Below, in pieces: positions 29,001 through 39,900 of a stretch of 64,000 nucleotides of DNA (the stretch's first letter is position 1; each line of letters starts with the position of its first letter). The stretch covers positions 24,261 to 88,260 of the IMG/VR virus record IMGVR_UViG_3300032249_000373; one strand, given 5' to 3'. A program made the position numbers and the translations under genes. A model generated the notes under the pieces. That model searched no databases. It worked only from the letters and a program-made list of their open reading frames with translations, and was not told the DNA's origin. Source of the stretch: a virus.

Positions 29001-30405
29001 TACAACTAGAACACAGTCTCCAAATGGAAGCGTTACGTACTATCAGTTATCTGGAAACCAACCAGACCAGAATATAAATATAGGTGGTGGTTCTGGAGGA
29101 CTAGCATTTTTGTTAAATCCAGAAACAAACAATGGATATTACTTTGAAATTGTTGCACTTACTGAAGATAATATAAACTCATATCTTAAGGTTGATGAAA
29201 ATAATAATGCACAATTTTCAGTAAATAACGTTGTATTCTATAAAATTAAAAAAGACTCTTCAAACTCAGATGCAATACCAGTAAAACTTTGGGGAGGACT
29301 ATCAAAGATTATTGTTGATGATGGAAAGTTTACTGGTCAGCAAAGACTTGCGGGAGAAGAAAATTCAACGGTATATGATTTATCAGTAGAATATATTGAC
29401 ATAGGTAATACTAGAAGATTCTATCTATATATAAATAACCAATTAATAAAGGTTGTAGACGATACAGATCCTTTGCCAACATATAATAATATGGCTTTAT
29501 TTGTGCGTGGATCATCAAAGTGTATGTTTGAAAATATATACGCTCTATCTAAAAACTACAGCCAAAACACAGTGTTTACTGTAAATGAAACTTTGGGTCA
29601 GGTGTTTGGAGATAAAGAGATTGATGTTACAGAATCCTTTAGAAAGTATGCAATGAGCGGTGTTGTTCAGTCAACATATCTATCTGGAATTAGTGCACAG
29701 CAACCACCAAAGTATGACATGTATTTTGAAGAGTTTGGTTCTATTATGCGTGAATGTGAATATTTTGACATTAAGTATGATCGTGCATACCCAGCACTTT
29801 ACGCAAAACTTTCACCAACATTTAATAATATAAAAGGATACACAACATCTGGATTTTATGCAGACTCATATGGTGCAGAATTTTTAATATTTAATTCAAC
29901 AGACAAAGCCTTAAACCTAGATGAAACAACTGGAAACTTTTTAAGAATTCAGGGAATTACATTTACACAAGATACAACGCATGAACTAACCGTAGATGAA
30001 TTCTTCAAGAAACGTGGCAATCTATCTGACCCAGAACTAGTTGGAAGCACACTAACATACTCTCCATTGGTTGAAAAATCAAGATATGATGAAATAAAGT
30101 TAAGTAGACTAACATATGGAAAAAATGAGTTTAGTATTGATAGTCCTTATATTCAAACACAAGATGATGCAGATGCAATGATGAACTGGATTATAAATAA
30201 GTTAATGGTGCCTAAAAAATCTGTTGGAATGAACATATTTAGCATTCCAACTTTACAACTTGGAGACATCGTAACGATAAACTACAAAGATTCTTCTGGT
30301 TTAGATTTAGTTTCTAAAGATTCTTCTAGGTTTGTAGTTTATAATATAGAGTATCAAAGATCAGAAAGTGGACCAAACATGACAATCTATTTGAGTGAGG
30401 TTTAA
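26083..30405 (+). CDS. Large tail tip / baseplate hub protein
   Basis: 1440 aa after Dit-like gene; AEVLNQLAVSTQSAMFFDEYNNFVV hub-like segment, LamG-like insert near C-terminus, C-terminal SPYIQT...LQLGDIVTI typical of hub proteins. Confidence 0.7.
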   Translation: MFVSETLKTHLETSSTVHLQSLVLAEWNMNMPDNIFKLGNYRYRPTGSDVQYRTLPLTFDSLDEGNYYTGATDADVVVDGGFDNSGVPQLFTSTKEKMKMIYSLEDCVKPFRPRSGINKASYFGNKYFANSGVSLAERPRYYMASRYDQFKYWSSFRTENNTERGIAKNVSNGLNYIDDAVPFVVYKEKVPANRLVVKMQTNVGTADLGNFIKDGKVFSDPLYGTTNKTTPIRWKIQYLNEDNWVDAYSFDENSVRDGGSPIIPEDGYVELEYGLKIPDAYKDSYTFIEKIASITLLPEQSLNGDGYLVVENTNDRGTLYIWNGLDEEYDSFVPEYGWMLGTGVLNRSSKLITDLTSPDLFTNDAQNQTTYREFAYLRGIRVVAETMNKFDSTFDLIEMSPRLIVNISDKVVDFNIKKILSDIGTTSLPVGQLLASTGTLSLFDDDQAFNENNTSSVVAKYIRKNIKFLFYESILDVAGDEYSVPIKTLYSEGFPQADVTAAKLSIELRDFYFFLESMPAPRLLTTQTSLSYAISMLLDYVGFSNYTFKRVADESDPIIPYFFVAPDQNVAEVLNQLAVSTQSAMFFDEYNNFVVMSKDYLMPTATQREIDFVLSGSNNQTDSGVVENSTSGNLPNIIAIASQDKKIYNDGKINYTTRYIQRSYGSIRQSTMIDKEKTWIYKPSLLWEVAGTENTKTINELASRQGSYVLGAMPLNSDLVGTAPVVAGNVLTNNIIDLGENVYWLTRYNGYLYSNGEVIRYDASEFDITGIGKVWISSNQEYQKYFSSIPFNGKIYPTGLVRIYATPNYETVDGITRLQNGAVVDHGRGQFGTQIVSHSAGINNYWTNNDNVRGLNMKSQYLFSTKLDTDLASTLPATTVAAAGVSNAVAKQSTRNSIIKNFMATSYLSETEVNNLPSTQTGTIQSSALVFNGPSFKTTETPLNFVSYVYKNLDNAYRHFGTRLRIIGKIENNTTRTQSPNGSVTYYQLSGNQPDQNINIGGGSGGLAFLLNPETNNGYYFEIVALTEDNINSYLKVDENNNAQFSVNNVVFYKIKKDSSNSDAIPVKLWGGLSKIIVDDGKFTGQQRLAGEENSTVYDLSVEYIDIGNTRRFYLYINNQLIKVVDDTDPLPTYNNMALFVRGSSKCMFENIYALSKNYSQNTVFTVNETLGQVFGDKEIDVTESFRKYAMSGVVQSTYLSGISAQQPPKYDMYFEEFGSIMRECEYFDIKYDRAYPALYAKLSPTFNNIKGYTTSGFYADSYGAEFLIFNSTDKALNLDETTGNFLRIQGITFTQDTTHELTVDEFFKKRGNLSDPELVGSTLTYSPLVEKSRYDEIKLSRLTYGKNEFSIDSPYIQTQDDADAMMNWIINKLMVPKKSVGMNIFSIPTLQLGDIVTINYKDSSGLDLVSKDSSRFVVYNIEYQRSESGPNMTIYLSEV

Positions 30406-30406
30406 A

Positions 30407-30910
30407 ATGACAGTATCTCCAGTTCCACAAACTCCGTCAAACGCAACAGTAGTAACGGCATACTCTACACCCCCAACAAAAACTGCGCCAATAGACACTG
30501 TTCTTTTTGATGATCAGTCTATGTCTGTAGAAATTATGACAGATTTAATATTTGAAGATATTGGTGGTCATGAGTTGCTCAGTGTTTCTAGAAACGACAT
30601 TATAAATGGCCAAAGAGTGTCTTATTCACCAATTAAAAATCTTGGATTGGTACAGCAAAGATATAACCCAAATAATATTTTAAGGCTACAGTCTACCTCA
30701 GATACATATTTTGCTAACTTTGCAATTAAGTTTGAAGAAAAGGTTCCTCTTGAAGGAAACGGTGTTAATGGTGAAAATGTTTATATTGAAGAGGAAACTG
30801 GAGATTTAATTATTGAGACTGTTAATATGAATAATGATGAACAGATAGAGGTTCAAATCGCCATAAATGGTACAATATATGAAGCGAACTTTGGAGAAAC
30901 TGTATCATGA
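30407..30910 (+). CDS. Tail-associated hypothetical protein
   Basis: ORF track 30395..30910; ATG 30407 follows GAGG and the upstream stop. Confidence 0.55.
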   Translation: MTVSPVPQTPSNATVVTAYSTPPTKTAPIDTVLFDDQSMSVEIMTDLIFEDIGGHELLSVSRNDIINGQRVSYSPIKNLGLVQQRYNPNNILRLQSTSDTYFANFAIKFEEKVPLEGNGVNGENVYIEEETGDLIIETVNMNNDEQIEVQIAINGTIYEANFGETVS

Positions 30911-32061
30911 TTACAAATAAAGGTAAGAGTATAATCGGAAAATATATGCTAGGGCAGGCTCCTGCCTATGCTTCATATCTTGCAGTTGGCTGCGGTCCCC
31001 AGCCATTACAGACAGAAGATATTGCCGATGATTTTGCAACAAAAACAAACCTAGATTTTGAGATGTTCAGAGTACCAATTTCCTCTAGAGGTTTTATAAA
31101 TGAAAACGGTATAGATAAGATAGTCCTAACAGCAGAACTACCAACAGAAGAAAGATATGAAATAACAGAAGTAGGTCTATACTCTGCAGGATCAAACCCA
31201 TCTGCTGGTGCTAATGATAGCAAGACAGTATTTTCTTTTGCACAGGGAGAATCTTGGGTTCATCATACCGCCAACGCAGCAACTGCAATACCAACAATTT
31301 CTACTCCTTTAGATGATCCAGAAGATGATAATGTAATTGCAATCGATAATGTGTTTCAAACAAATGCAGATAATTCTATTTTTTATAAAACAAATAGGCT
31401 TGAAAGATATGAGCGTGCAAGGTTTTTAAATAATACTATCTTGATTCAGGGAGACGATTCAGATTTAAGTTTAGATGGTGGTGGATCTGGTGGAGTTGAC
31501 CATATTGTTATTGAGCCAGGATCAAACCATATACACTTAACTGCACCAAATGTTGATTTTTCTAAAAACTCTCCAACAGATGAACTAAGATTTGCATTTT
31601 CTTTAGTTAATAAAGATGGAGACTCTGTAGCAGTTCCAGACACAATTAGAATATTAGTTGATTTTGCTGGCACTGATGTTGCAGAACCAAATGTGTATGC
31701 AAGATTTGAAGTTGATATTGAAAATGGTTTTGATGGATATGACTTTGAAACAAATAGATATTTTGTAGTAAAGAAACAACTGCAAGAACTTTATACAACT
31801 CAAAACTTTACTTGGGAAGCAGTTACCGTAGTTAAAATTTATGCTTGTGTTATTGACACTGGTGTTAGTGGAGGACCACTTCCTTCATCTGATTACTATA
31901 TTGCTTTAGATGCAATGAGACTTGAAAATATTGCAACAACAAACCCACTATATGGATTAACTGGTTATTCAGTTATTAAAAATGATACTGCTACAACTAT
32001 TATCAAATCACCAAATACAAGTAACTATATTGAGTTTAGATTTTCTATTGGTGTAACCTAA
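30907..32061 (+). CDS. Tail/baseplate structural protein
   Basis: MITNKGKSII...YLAVGCG...ITEVGLYS pattern typical of tail-collar/baseplate N-termini; ATGA overlap. Confidence 0.55.
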   Translation: MITNKGKSIIGKYMLGQAPAYASYLAVGCGPQPLQTEDIADDFATKTNLDFEMFRVPISSRGFINENGIDKIVLTAELPTEERYEITEVGLYSAGSNPSAGANDSKTVFSFAQGESWVHHTANAATAIPTISTPLDDPEDDNVIAIDNVFQTNADNSIFYKTNRLERYERARFLNNTILIQGDDSDLSLDGGGSGGVDHIVIEPGSNHIHLTAPNVDFSKNSPTDELRFAFSLVNKDGDSVAVPDTIRILVDFAGTDVAEPNVYARFEVDIENGFDGYDFETNRYFVVKKQLQELYTTQNFTWEAVTVVKIYACVIDTGVSGGPLPSSDYYIALDAMRLENIATTNPLYGLTGYSVIKNDTATTIIKSPNTSNYIEFRFSIGVT

Positions 32062-32486
32062 TGGCTGATGCAAATATTAAAAAAACAAGAATTTTAAAAT
32101 CAGCATTACCACCAGTTGATTTTGATACTCTAAAATATAACACAAGATATAGAGTTATTTCTGAAGATAAAAACAGAACATCACACTGGTCTCCAATATA
32201 TAACTCCAATGGTACTAATGTAGTTGGAACAACTGGCGCACTTTCAATAAGTGAGGAAATAATTACAGCGGTATGGGGAGACGAAAACCTTCATCCAGCA
32301 TATGATGTATTTGTTAGTTTTGATGGAAACTCATTTTTTTGGCACGGTACATCGGCAGTTCATTCATATTCTTTTTTAAATGAAGGAACAGCAACTGTAC
32401 GTGTAAAAATACAACTAGCGTCATCTAAAAAGCAAATAAAGGCAGGATTAGGAATCTTTGATTCTGGATCACAACCTTTGATATAA
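32061..32486 (+). CDS. Hypothetical virion protein
   Basis: Coupled ORF in tail cluster. Confidence 0.5.
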   Translation: MADANIKKTRILKSALPPVDFDTLKYNTRYRVISEDKNRTSHWSPIYNSNGTNVVGTTGALSISEEIITAVWGDENLHPAYDVFVSFDGNSFFWHGTSAVHSYSFLNEGTATVRVKIQLASSKKQIKAGLGIFDSGSQPLI

Positions 32487-32504
32487 TCTAATAGGAGGAA
32501 TAAA

Positions 32505-32945
32505 ATGGCAAAAGTACCACTACCAGAAAGAGGACAACCTCTTGATGTTACATATATTTATCAGTTAGCAGAGGCTGTAAATGACCTTTCTACTTCTATT
32601 TCTGATGCAACATATAACTATACAGATGTTGACGTAGTTGGAGCAGAAAAAAAGAGTTTAAAAACTTCAGACACAAAGTTTGTTGGAAAATATAAATCAA
32701 TTGCAAATAACGAAACAGTAACTGCAGGTCAGGAAAAGTCTTACTCTGTAACATTTTCTAACTTCAAGTTTCCTCCAATTGCTACTGCATCAATTGTAAA
32801 TATCAGTGGTACGACTGCTGGATCAAACACAAGTGTTGTAATAACTTCTATTACAACTTCAGAGGTTCAGTTTATCGTAAAGTTTGGAACTTCTGGAACC
32901 GCATCAGTTGGTGTTAATGTGATTGCAATTGGTGTACCAAACTAA
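32505..32945 (+). CDS. Hypothetical virion protein with H-type-lectin-like C-terminal beta domain
   Basis: VTFSNFKFPPIATASI...ITTSEVQF...VNVIAIG resembles the gp53/H-lectin-like fold; AGGAGG SD and TGATATAAT promoter (32479-32487). Confidence 0.45.
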   Translation: MAKVPLPERGQPLDVTYIYQLAEAVNDLSTSISDATYNYTDVDVVGAEKKSLKTSDTKFVGKYKSIANNETVTAGQEKSYSVTFSNFKFPPIATASIVNISGTTAGSNTSVVITSITTSEVQFIVKFGTSGTASVGVNVIAIGVPN

Positions 32946-32946
32946 C

Positions 32947-33135
32947 ATGACATGTAAAAGATGCGAAGGAAAGATGTTTGTTGATAGAATACATTCAAAC
33001 ATAGATCACCTAGAAACATATTGTGTAAAGTGTGGAAATAGAAAGTTTTATCATCCACCTAGCGAATCTGCGGAGGGAAAATGGCTACTGCAAAAGGAAA
33101 AATTCAGAGCGAAGCATATAATAGCGAACCTGTAA
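32947..33135 (+). CDS. Small zinc-ribbon protein
   Basis: CKRC...CVKC; ATG 32947 follows the upstream stop. Confidence 0.55.
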   Translation: MTCKRCEGKMFVDRIHSNIDHLETYCVKCGNRKFYHPPSESAEGKWLLQKEKFRAKHIIANL

Positions 33136-33623
33136 TTCCTGGCGGTAAAAAGATTTGGTTCCTTAATGGAGACTTAGTAAGACTTCATCACAGTTCTAGA
33201 TCAACAGGTATGGTAACTGTTTATAATATTAACAAAGATAGATTAGAGACTTGTCTACGTTCTGACTTTAGAAAAAATAGAAAAAGAGCATATACAATTG
33301 CAGAGACTGCTAAGTTAGTTAATCGTCATAGAAAATATATGCCAAGATTAATAAAACGAGGAGTCATTCCTCCACCAGTTGGATCTAGCATTGATGGTAA
33401 AACAGGTTTTCAAATAAGAGCATACTACTCAGAAGACCACGTTAGAGAGATTTGTGCTATACTTTCAACTATACATATTGGACAGCCAAGAAAAGATAAA
33501 TTAATAACAAACAACATGACTCCTACAAGCCAAGAGTTGACAAGGCGAATGGGAGACGGTATACTTACATATACGAAGACAGAAGATGGACGATTTATTC
33601 CAGTGTGGAGTGAATCTATTTAA
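33081..33623 (+). CDS. MerR-like helix-turn-helix DNA-binding protein
   Basis: YTIAETAKLVNRHRKYMPRLIKRGVIPPP...RAYYSEDHVREI. Confidence 0.6.
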   Translation: MATAKGKIQSEAYNSEPVIPGGKKIWFLNGDLVRLHHSSRSTGMVTVYNINKDRLETCLRSDFRKNRKRAYTIAETAKLVNRHRKYMPRLIKRGVIPPPVGSSIDGKTGFQIRAYYSEDHVREICAILSTIHIGQPRKDKLITNNMTPTSQELTRRMGDGILTYTKTEDGRFIPVWSESI

Positions 33624-33641
33624 TTATTGAATGGGTGGATA

Positions 33642-33848
33642 ATGGAAAACGACAACACAAAGGTATCTGTAACACTTGGATATACACTTAATCTAGGAAA
33701 TTTTCAGTCACTACGCCTTGATTTGGGTATTGTAGATTCAAAGCGTGAAGGCGAAAATGTAGATGAGGCTTTTAGTCGTGTCTATAAGTTTGTAGAAGAT
33801 AAACTTACAGAGAAGATTCAAGAAGCAAAATCTGAAATCTCAGAATAA
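33642..33848 (+). CDS. Hypothetical protein
   Basis: ORF track 33627..33848; ATG 33642 preferred. Confidence 0.55.
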   Translation: MENDNTKVSVTLGYTLNLGNFQSLRLDLGIVDSKREGENVDEAFSRVYKFVEDKLTEKIQEAKSEISE

Positions 33849-34156
33849 TGGCTGATCGCAAAGACCGAATGGCTTTGCTCAGTAGGTTTAACAAGTTTTA
33901 CTTGCAACGGTATGAGCAGAAGTCTAACATGAATCTAAACGTTGAGCAGTGGGCTGCTGATGCCCTTGTAGAGTCATACGGAATTGCTCAGTGCTATGAT
34001 ATTCTTGAATATTATTTTAGTATTGCACAAGAACCTTCATGGAATTATTTTGCATATAATGCAGAAAAGATTATTAACGGAAAAGCAGAAGTAGAGCAAG
34101 ATAAAAAAGAACGTGAAGAACGTAGAAAATTAGCAAGGGAGTGGTTGAGTGAATAA
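33848..34156 (+). CDS. Hypothetical protein upstream of helicase (possible loader)
   Basis: Overlaps the helicase start; function inferred from position only. Confidence 0.45.
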   Translation: MADRKDRMALLSRFNKFYLQRYEQKSNMNLNVEQWAADALVESYGIAQCYDILEYYFSIAQEPSWNYFAYNAEKIINGKAEVEQDKKEREERRKLAREWLSE

Positions 34157-35369
34157 TACAGAAGCAAAGTTAATGTCTGCGGTATTACAAGATAAACAAA
34201 TTCACGTACTGCTTCAAGCAAACGTTGAGACATTGCTAAGAACGCATAACGATGTCTGGAACTTTATTCGTTTGTATTCTGAAAATAATCAATGCTTGCC
34301 ACCAGCAGAACTAGTTACAGAAAAGTTTAGAGACTTTGAACCAGTTCCAGGTATTGGAGCAACAAAGCATCACCTAGCAGAACTACAAACAGAATATATT
34401 AATGATAGCCTAAAAGATATTTTACGCAATGCTGCAGGAGAAGTGCAAAGCGGTAATGGTGGAGAAGCACTTGAGCACCTAATTACAAAGACATCAGAAC
34501 TAAAAAAGAATACTTCTGCAATTCGTGATATTGATGCAACAGATCTTGAGTCTGCAGTTGCATACTATGAAATGGTTCAGAAACAAAAAGAAACTGGTCA
34601 GATAGGAATTAAAACAAACCTTCCAGGATTTGACAACTATCTTCCATCTGGAATTATGCCAGGACAATTAGGTGTATTTCTTGCTTACCCAGGAATAGGT
34701 AAGTCTTGGATGGCTTTATACTTTGCAGTTCAGGCATGGAAGCAAGGCAAGTCACCACTTATTATTTCTCTTGAAATGTCTGAGACAGAAGTTCGTAATC
34801 GTATTTTTGCAATTATGGGTGAGGGACTTTGGTCACATAGAAAATTATCCAATGGTGAAGTTGAGATTGATATGCTTAAGAAATGGCATGCTAACAAGGT
34901 CGCTGGTCGCCCAGAGTTTCACATTATCTCAAATGATAGTGGTGGAGAAGTAACACCTTCCGTTATTCGTGGAAAGATTGATCAGTACCGTCCAGACTTT
35001 GTTGTTGTTGATTACCTGCAACTTATGTCACCAAACCAAAAGGCTGACTCTGAAACGGTACGAATGAAGAACCTTTCAAGAGAACTTAAACTAATGTCTA
35101 TTGGTGAAGAAGTACCTATTATCGCTATCTCATCTGCAACACCAGATGATGTAAAGGATCTATCAAGTCCTCCAACACTTGGACAAACTGCTTGGTCTAG
35201 ACAGATTGCATATGATGCTGACTGGGTTATGGCACTTGGTCGTGCAACTAATAGTGATATTATTGAATGTGTTTTCCGTAAGAATCGTAATGGTTTTATG
35301 GGAGATTTCTTAGTTCAGGTAGATTTTGATAAAGGTTATTACAGGTATAAAGACTATGAAGACAAATAA
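34149..35369 (+). CDS. dnaB: Replicative DNA helicase (DnaB family)
   Basis: Walker A AYPGIGKS, SLEMS, Walker B VVVDYLQLM, IAYDADWV, KNRNG. Confidence 0.9.
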   Translation: MNNTEAKLMSAVLQDKQIHVLLQANVETLLRTHNDVWNFIRLYSENNQCLPPAELVTEKFRDFEPVPGIGATKHHLAELQTEYINDSLKDILRNAAGEVQSGNGGEALEHLITKTSELKKNTSAIRDIDATDLESAVAYYEMVQKQKETGQIGIKTNLPGFDNYLPSGIMPGQLGVFLAYPGIGKSWMALYFAVQAWKQGKSPLIISLEMSETEVRNRIFAIMGEGLWSHRKLSNGEVEIDMLKKWHANKVAGRPEFHIISNDSGGEVTPSVIRGKIDQYRPDFVVVDYLQLMSPNQKADSETVRMKNLSRELKLMSIGEEVPIIAISSATPDDVKDLSSPPTLGQTAWSRQIAYDADWVMALGRATNSDIIECVFRKNRNGFMGDFLVQVDFDKGYYRYKDYEDK

Positions 35370-36282
35370 TATGTATACACAAGAACAGATTAAGCGTGTT
35401 CTTGTTGGTTCTGGGGTTGACATTGAAGCAGAGTTTGGCAATGACTTTATAATCTTTTGTCCATATCACAATAACAATAGAACACCTGCTGGTGAAGTTG
35501 CAAAAGATAGCGGATTATTCTTTTGCTTCGGCTGTCAGACAACAAAAAACTTAGAAGAATTAATTATGCACATGTCTGGAAGAACATATTTTGAGGCAGT
35601 TCGCTATATTAAAAGTAAAGAAACAGAGCACGACATTGAAAAGTTGGTTAATAAAACACTGGTTGCACCACCAGAGTTTACTCCATATGATGAATTAATA
35701 TTGAAGCGTTTGCATAATCAACTACTAGCACAAGAAAAACCTAAGAACTATCTTAAGTATAGAAAGATTAACAGTTCTTCATTTACAAAGTTTTCACTTG
35801 GCTATTCAGAAAAACAAGACTCAATAACTATACCAATGCATTCACCAGATGGCATGTGTCTTGGGTTTGTTGCAAGAACAATTGAAGGTAAAGATTTTAA
35901 AAATACACCAGGATTACCAAAGGGTAAAATATTATTTAACCTGCACAGAATTAAATCATCTGGTACAGTATATTTAGTTGAATCATCTTTTGATGCTATT
36001 CGACTAGACCAAGTAGGTTTCCCAGCAGTTGCTACTCTGGGGGCTAATGTATCTAATTCTCAAATTAGATTGTTAGAAAAGTACTTCACAAACGTTGTAC
36101 TAATTGCAGATAACGATGAGGCTGGTAATATAATGAAAGATAAGTTAGTTGAAAAACTTGGATCTTTGGTTACTACTATCAGGCTTGATAAAAAATACAA
36201 AGACATAGGTGATATGGAAGATGAAGAAATTAAGAACTTAGAGTTCCAGTTTGACAAATCTATATCTGCTATGCTAAACTAA
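35326..36282 (+). CDS. dnaG: DNA primase (Zn finger plus TOPRIM)
   Basis: CPYH...CFGC zinc finger, VESSFDA and DNDEAG TOPRIM motifs. Start may be ATG 35356. Confidence 0.85.
   Translation: MIKVITGIKTMKTNNMYTQEQIKRVLVGSGVDIEAEFGNDFIIFCPYHNNNRTPAGEVAKDSGLFFCFGCQTTKNLEELIMHMSGRTYFEAVRYIKSKETEHDIEKLVNKTLVAPPEFTPYDELILKRLHNQLLAQEKPKNYLKYRKINSSSFTKFSLGYSEKQDSITIPMHSPDGMCLGFVARTIEGKDFKNTPGLPKGKILFNLHRIKSSGTVYLVESSFDAIRLDQVGFPAVATLGANVSNSQIRLLEKYFTNVVLIADNDEAGNIMKDKLVEKLGSLVTTIRLDKKYKDIGDMEDEEIKNLEFQFDKSISAMLN
36251..36280 (+). promoter_or_regulatory. sigmaA-type promoter for SSB/DnaE
   Basis: TTGACA (36251-36256), 18 nt spacer, TG-C-TAAACT (36275-36280). Confidence 0.55.
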
Positions 36283-36306
36283 TATAACAACACGAAGGAG
36301 AAAAAT

Positions 36307-36963
36307 ATGAGTATTGTAAAGGGACTGAAGAACATTGAAACCCTACTCGAAAAGCCAAAGTATGATGAAAATGCACCAAAGGTTAAGTGGTTAAAACTTG
36401 CCGATGGACAATCAGTAAAGATCCGATTCATTGAAGAGTTGGACGAAGATTCTGCAAACTATAATGCAGAGCGTGGACTTGCACTAGTTGTTAAGGAGCA
36501 CACAAATCCAAAGGACTACAAGCGCAAGGCTGTAGATACAATGGAAACAGAAGGTCGTGACTGGGCAGAAGAGATGCATCGCAAGGATCCAAAGGCTGGC
36601 TGGAGAGCACGCCTTCGTTTCTACTGCAACGTTCTTGTAGACGACGGCATTGAAGCACCATATGTTGCAATCTGGAACATGGGTATTAGCAAGCAGTCAT
36701 CATTTAATACAATTCGTGAGTATGCTCTTGAAACAGGAAGCATCTCTAACGTGCTATGGAAGTTAAAGCGTAATGGTCAGGGAACTGAAACTAATTACAC
36801 ACTAATTCCATCAGCACCAGATAAGGAACCATTTAATTGGGGAGACATCAAGCCTTATCCACTAGAGTCTGCACTACGCAAGATTCCATATGCAGAACAA
36901 GAAGCGTTCTATTTGGGGTTTGACACTCCATCTGTAACTTCATCTACCAACACAGATTGGTAA
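36307..36963 (+). CDS. Single-stranded DNA-binding protein (gp32-like)
   Basis: KWLKLADGQSVKIRF, RFYCNVLV, WKLKRNGQGTETNYTL; between primase and polymerase; GAAGGAG SD. Confidence 0.65.
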   Translation: MSIVKGLKNIETLLEKPKYDENAPKVKWLKLADGQSVKIRFIEELDEDSANYNAERGLALVVKEHTNPKDYKRKAVDTMETEGRDWAEEMHRKDPKAGWRARLRFYCNVLVDDGIEAPYVAIWNMGISKQSSFNTIREYALETGSISNVLWKLKRNGQGTETNYTLIPSAPDKEPFNWGDIKPYPLESALRKIPYAEQEAFYLGFDTPSVTSSTNTDW

Positions 36964-36964
36964 C

Positions 36965-39900
36965 ATGAACTACGTAGGCTTACACGTACATACCCATTAC
37001 TCACTATTTGACGGCGTAGCAACTCCAAAAGAGTATGTTGACCGTGCTAGTGCTTTAGGCATGCCAGCAATCGCAATCACAGACCATGGTACGTTGTCTG
37101 GTCATCGTGAGATGTATCGCATGGCTAAAGAAAAGGGTATTAAGCCAATTCTAGGTCTAGAAGGATATATGTGTGCAGACATATCTGATACAAGAGATAA
37201 GTCTGAAAGAGAAGGTCAACAAGATCTTGTCTATAACCACATTATCCTTCTAGCCAAGAATAAACTAGGTTTAGAAAACCTTAACAAGATTAGTGAATTA
37301 TCATGGACAGATGGTTTCTTTAAGAAGCCAAGGTTTGATTTTGATATTCTACAAAAGTATCGTGAAGGTATTATTGTAACTTCTGCTTGTCCAAGCAGTG
37401 TTATTGTTAAAGCATTAGAAGAAGAAGAGTTTGCTCTTGCCAAGAAGTATATTCAGTGGTTTAAAGATAACTTTGGTAGTGACTACTACATTGAAGTAAT
37501 GCCACACAATGATGCACAAATAAACAAATACCTAATAGAACTTGCAGATGAGTTTAGTATCAAGGTTGTTGTTACCCCAGATTGTCACCATGTTGATCAG
37601 TCACAAAGAGAAGTTCAAGAGTTTAAGTTGTTACTTAACACACATGGGAAAGTAAACAAAGAAGCAACATATGAAAAGTCAAAGAAGCAACCAGATATGA
37701 TGAAACGACTTGACTATCTATATGGAGAAGATCGCCAGATAACATTTAATAAATTTGATATCCACTTATTGTCTTATGAAGAGATGAAGGCAGCGATGGA
37801 ATTGCAGGGTATTGACAGACCTGATATCTATGCTAACACACTACTATTAGCAGATACAGTAGAAGACTATGAGATACAAGATGGACTAAACTTATTGCCA
37901 GTTCAATATAAAAGCCCAGATAAGGAACTTGCTAAGATTGCTCTAGAAGGTTTGCAGTTAAAGGGTTTGTCAGAAAATAAAGAATATCTAGATAGGCTTG
38001 ACGAAGAACTAAAGATTATTAAAGATAAAAAGTTTGCACCATACTTCCTTGTTGTTCAAAGCATGATTTCTTGGGCTAAGAAGGAAGGAATTATGGTTGG
38101 TCCTGGTCGTGGATCTGCTGCTGGTTCATTGGTTTGTTACTCACTTGGAATTACAGATATTGATCCAATTAAGTATGGTCTTCTGTTCTTCCGATTTATT
38201 AATCCAGAACGTAATGACTTTCCAGATATTGATACAGATATTCAAGATAACAGACGTGATGAAGTTAAAGACTATCTTGTTAGACAATATAGACACGTTG
38301 CATCTATTGCAACATTCCTTGAATTTAAAGACAAGGGTGTTGTGCGAGATGTAGCCAGAGTTTTAGATATTCCATTAACAGATGTAAACAAGGTTTTAAA
38401 GTTGGTAGATACTTGGGATGAATATTGTTCATCAAGGACTGCTGCTTGGTTTAGAGAAAAGTATCCAGAGGTGGAGGTTTATGGTGAACAATTACGTGGT
38501 CGTATTCGTGGTACTGGTATACACGCTGCTGGTGTGGTCACTAGCAAAGATCCGATTTTTAGGTTTGCTCCAATGGAAACGAGATCTAGTCCTGGGTCTG
38601 ATGAACGTATACCTGTGGTTGGTGTCGACATGGAAGAGGCTGAACGCATCGGGCTTATAAAAATTGACGCACTTGGTCTTAAAACATTAAGTGTTATTCA
38701 AGATGCAGTTGCAATGATTAAAGAAAATCATTACAAGGATATTGATTTAGATTCTCTTGATCTTGCAGATGCAAAGGTTTACGAAATGCTTTCAGATGGA
38801 TATACAAAGGGTGTATTTCAGTGTGAAGCAACACCTTACACAAATCTTTTAGTTAAGATGGGTGTTAAGAATTTTAATGAACTTGCCGCATCAAATGCAT
38901 TGGTTCGTCCTGGTGCTATGAATACTATTGGTAAAGATTATATTGCTCGTAAACATGGCAAGCAAAATGTATCTTATACGCACCAGATTATGAAAGAGTT
39001 TACGGAGGATACTTATGGCTGTGTTCTTTACCAAGAGCAAGTTATGCAAGCATGCGTACACCTTGGACAAATGTCCATGTCGGAAGCAGATAAAGTTAGA
39101 AAAATCATTGGAAAGAAAAAAGATGCTAAAGAGTTTGATGTATACAAAGAGCAGTTTGTCAAAGGTGCTTCTGCCTATATTACTCCCAATCAGGCTCTTG
39201 ATCTATGGCATGACTTTGAAGCGCATGCGGGATACTCATTCAACAAGTCTCATGCGGTTGCTTACTCTACGCTCTCGTATTGGACGGCGTGGTTAAAGTA
39301 TTACTACCCTCTTGAGTTTATGTTTGCATTGCTTAAGAATGAGAAAGACAAGGATGGTCGTACAGAATATCTAATTGAGGCAAAGCGTATGGGTATTCCT
39401 ATTAAACTTCCTCATATTAATGACTCTGACTTTGATTTTAAAATTGAGGGTAAGGGAATCAGGTTTGGATTAACTGGTATTAAGTTTATATCAACAAATA
39501 TTGCAGAAAAGTATATTGCTGCTAGACCATTTAAGTCATACAAAGAACTTGAAGAGTTTACTTTTACAAAAGGCAATGGAGTAAATAGTCGTGCACTTAA
39601 TGCTTTACGTGTAATAGGTGCTGCAACTTTTGCTGATCAACCAAGAAATGATGCTGAGATTAAAGAAAATCTATATGAATACTTAAACCTTCCAGAATTC
39701 AATATTACAATCCCTTCTCATTATTATGCATTTATTCAGGATGTAGATTCATTTGAGGAAAAGGGATCTTTTATTCTTATGGGAATGGTTAAGGCAATTA
39801 AAAGAGGAACGGGATGGTCACGAATTGAAATTTTGGACAAGACTGGTAGTGTTGGCATATTTGATGAAGAATCTACGATTATTGAAACTGGTCGTACTTA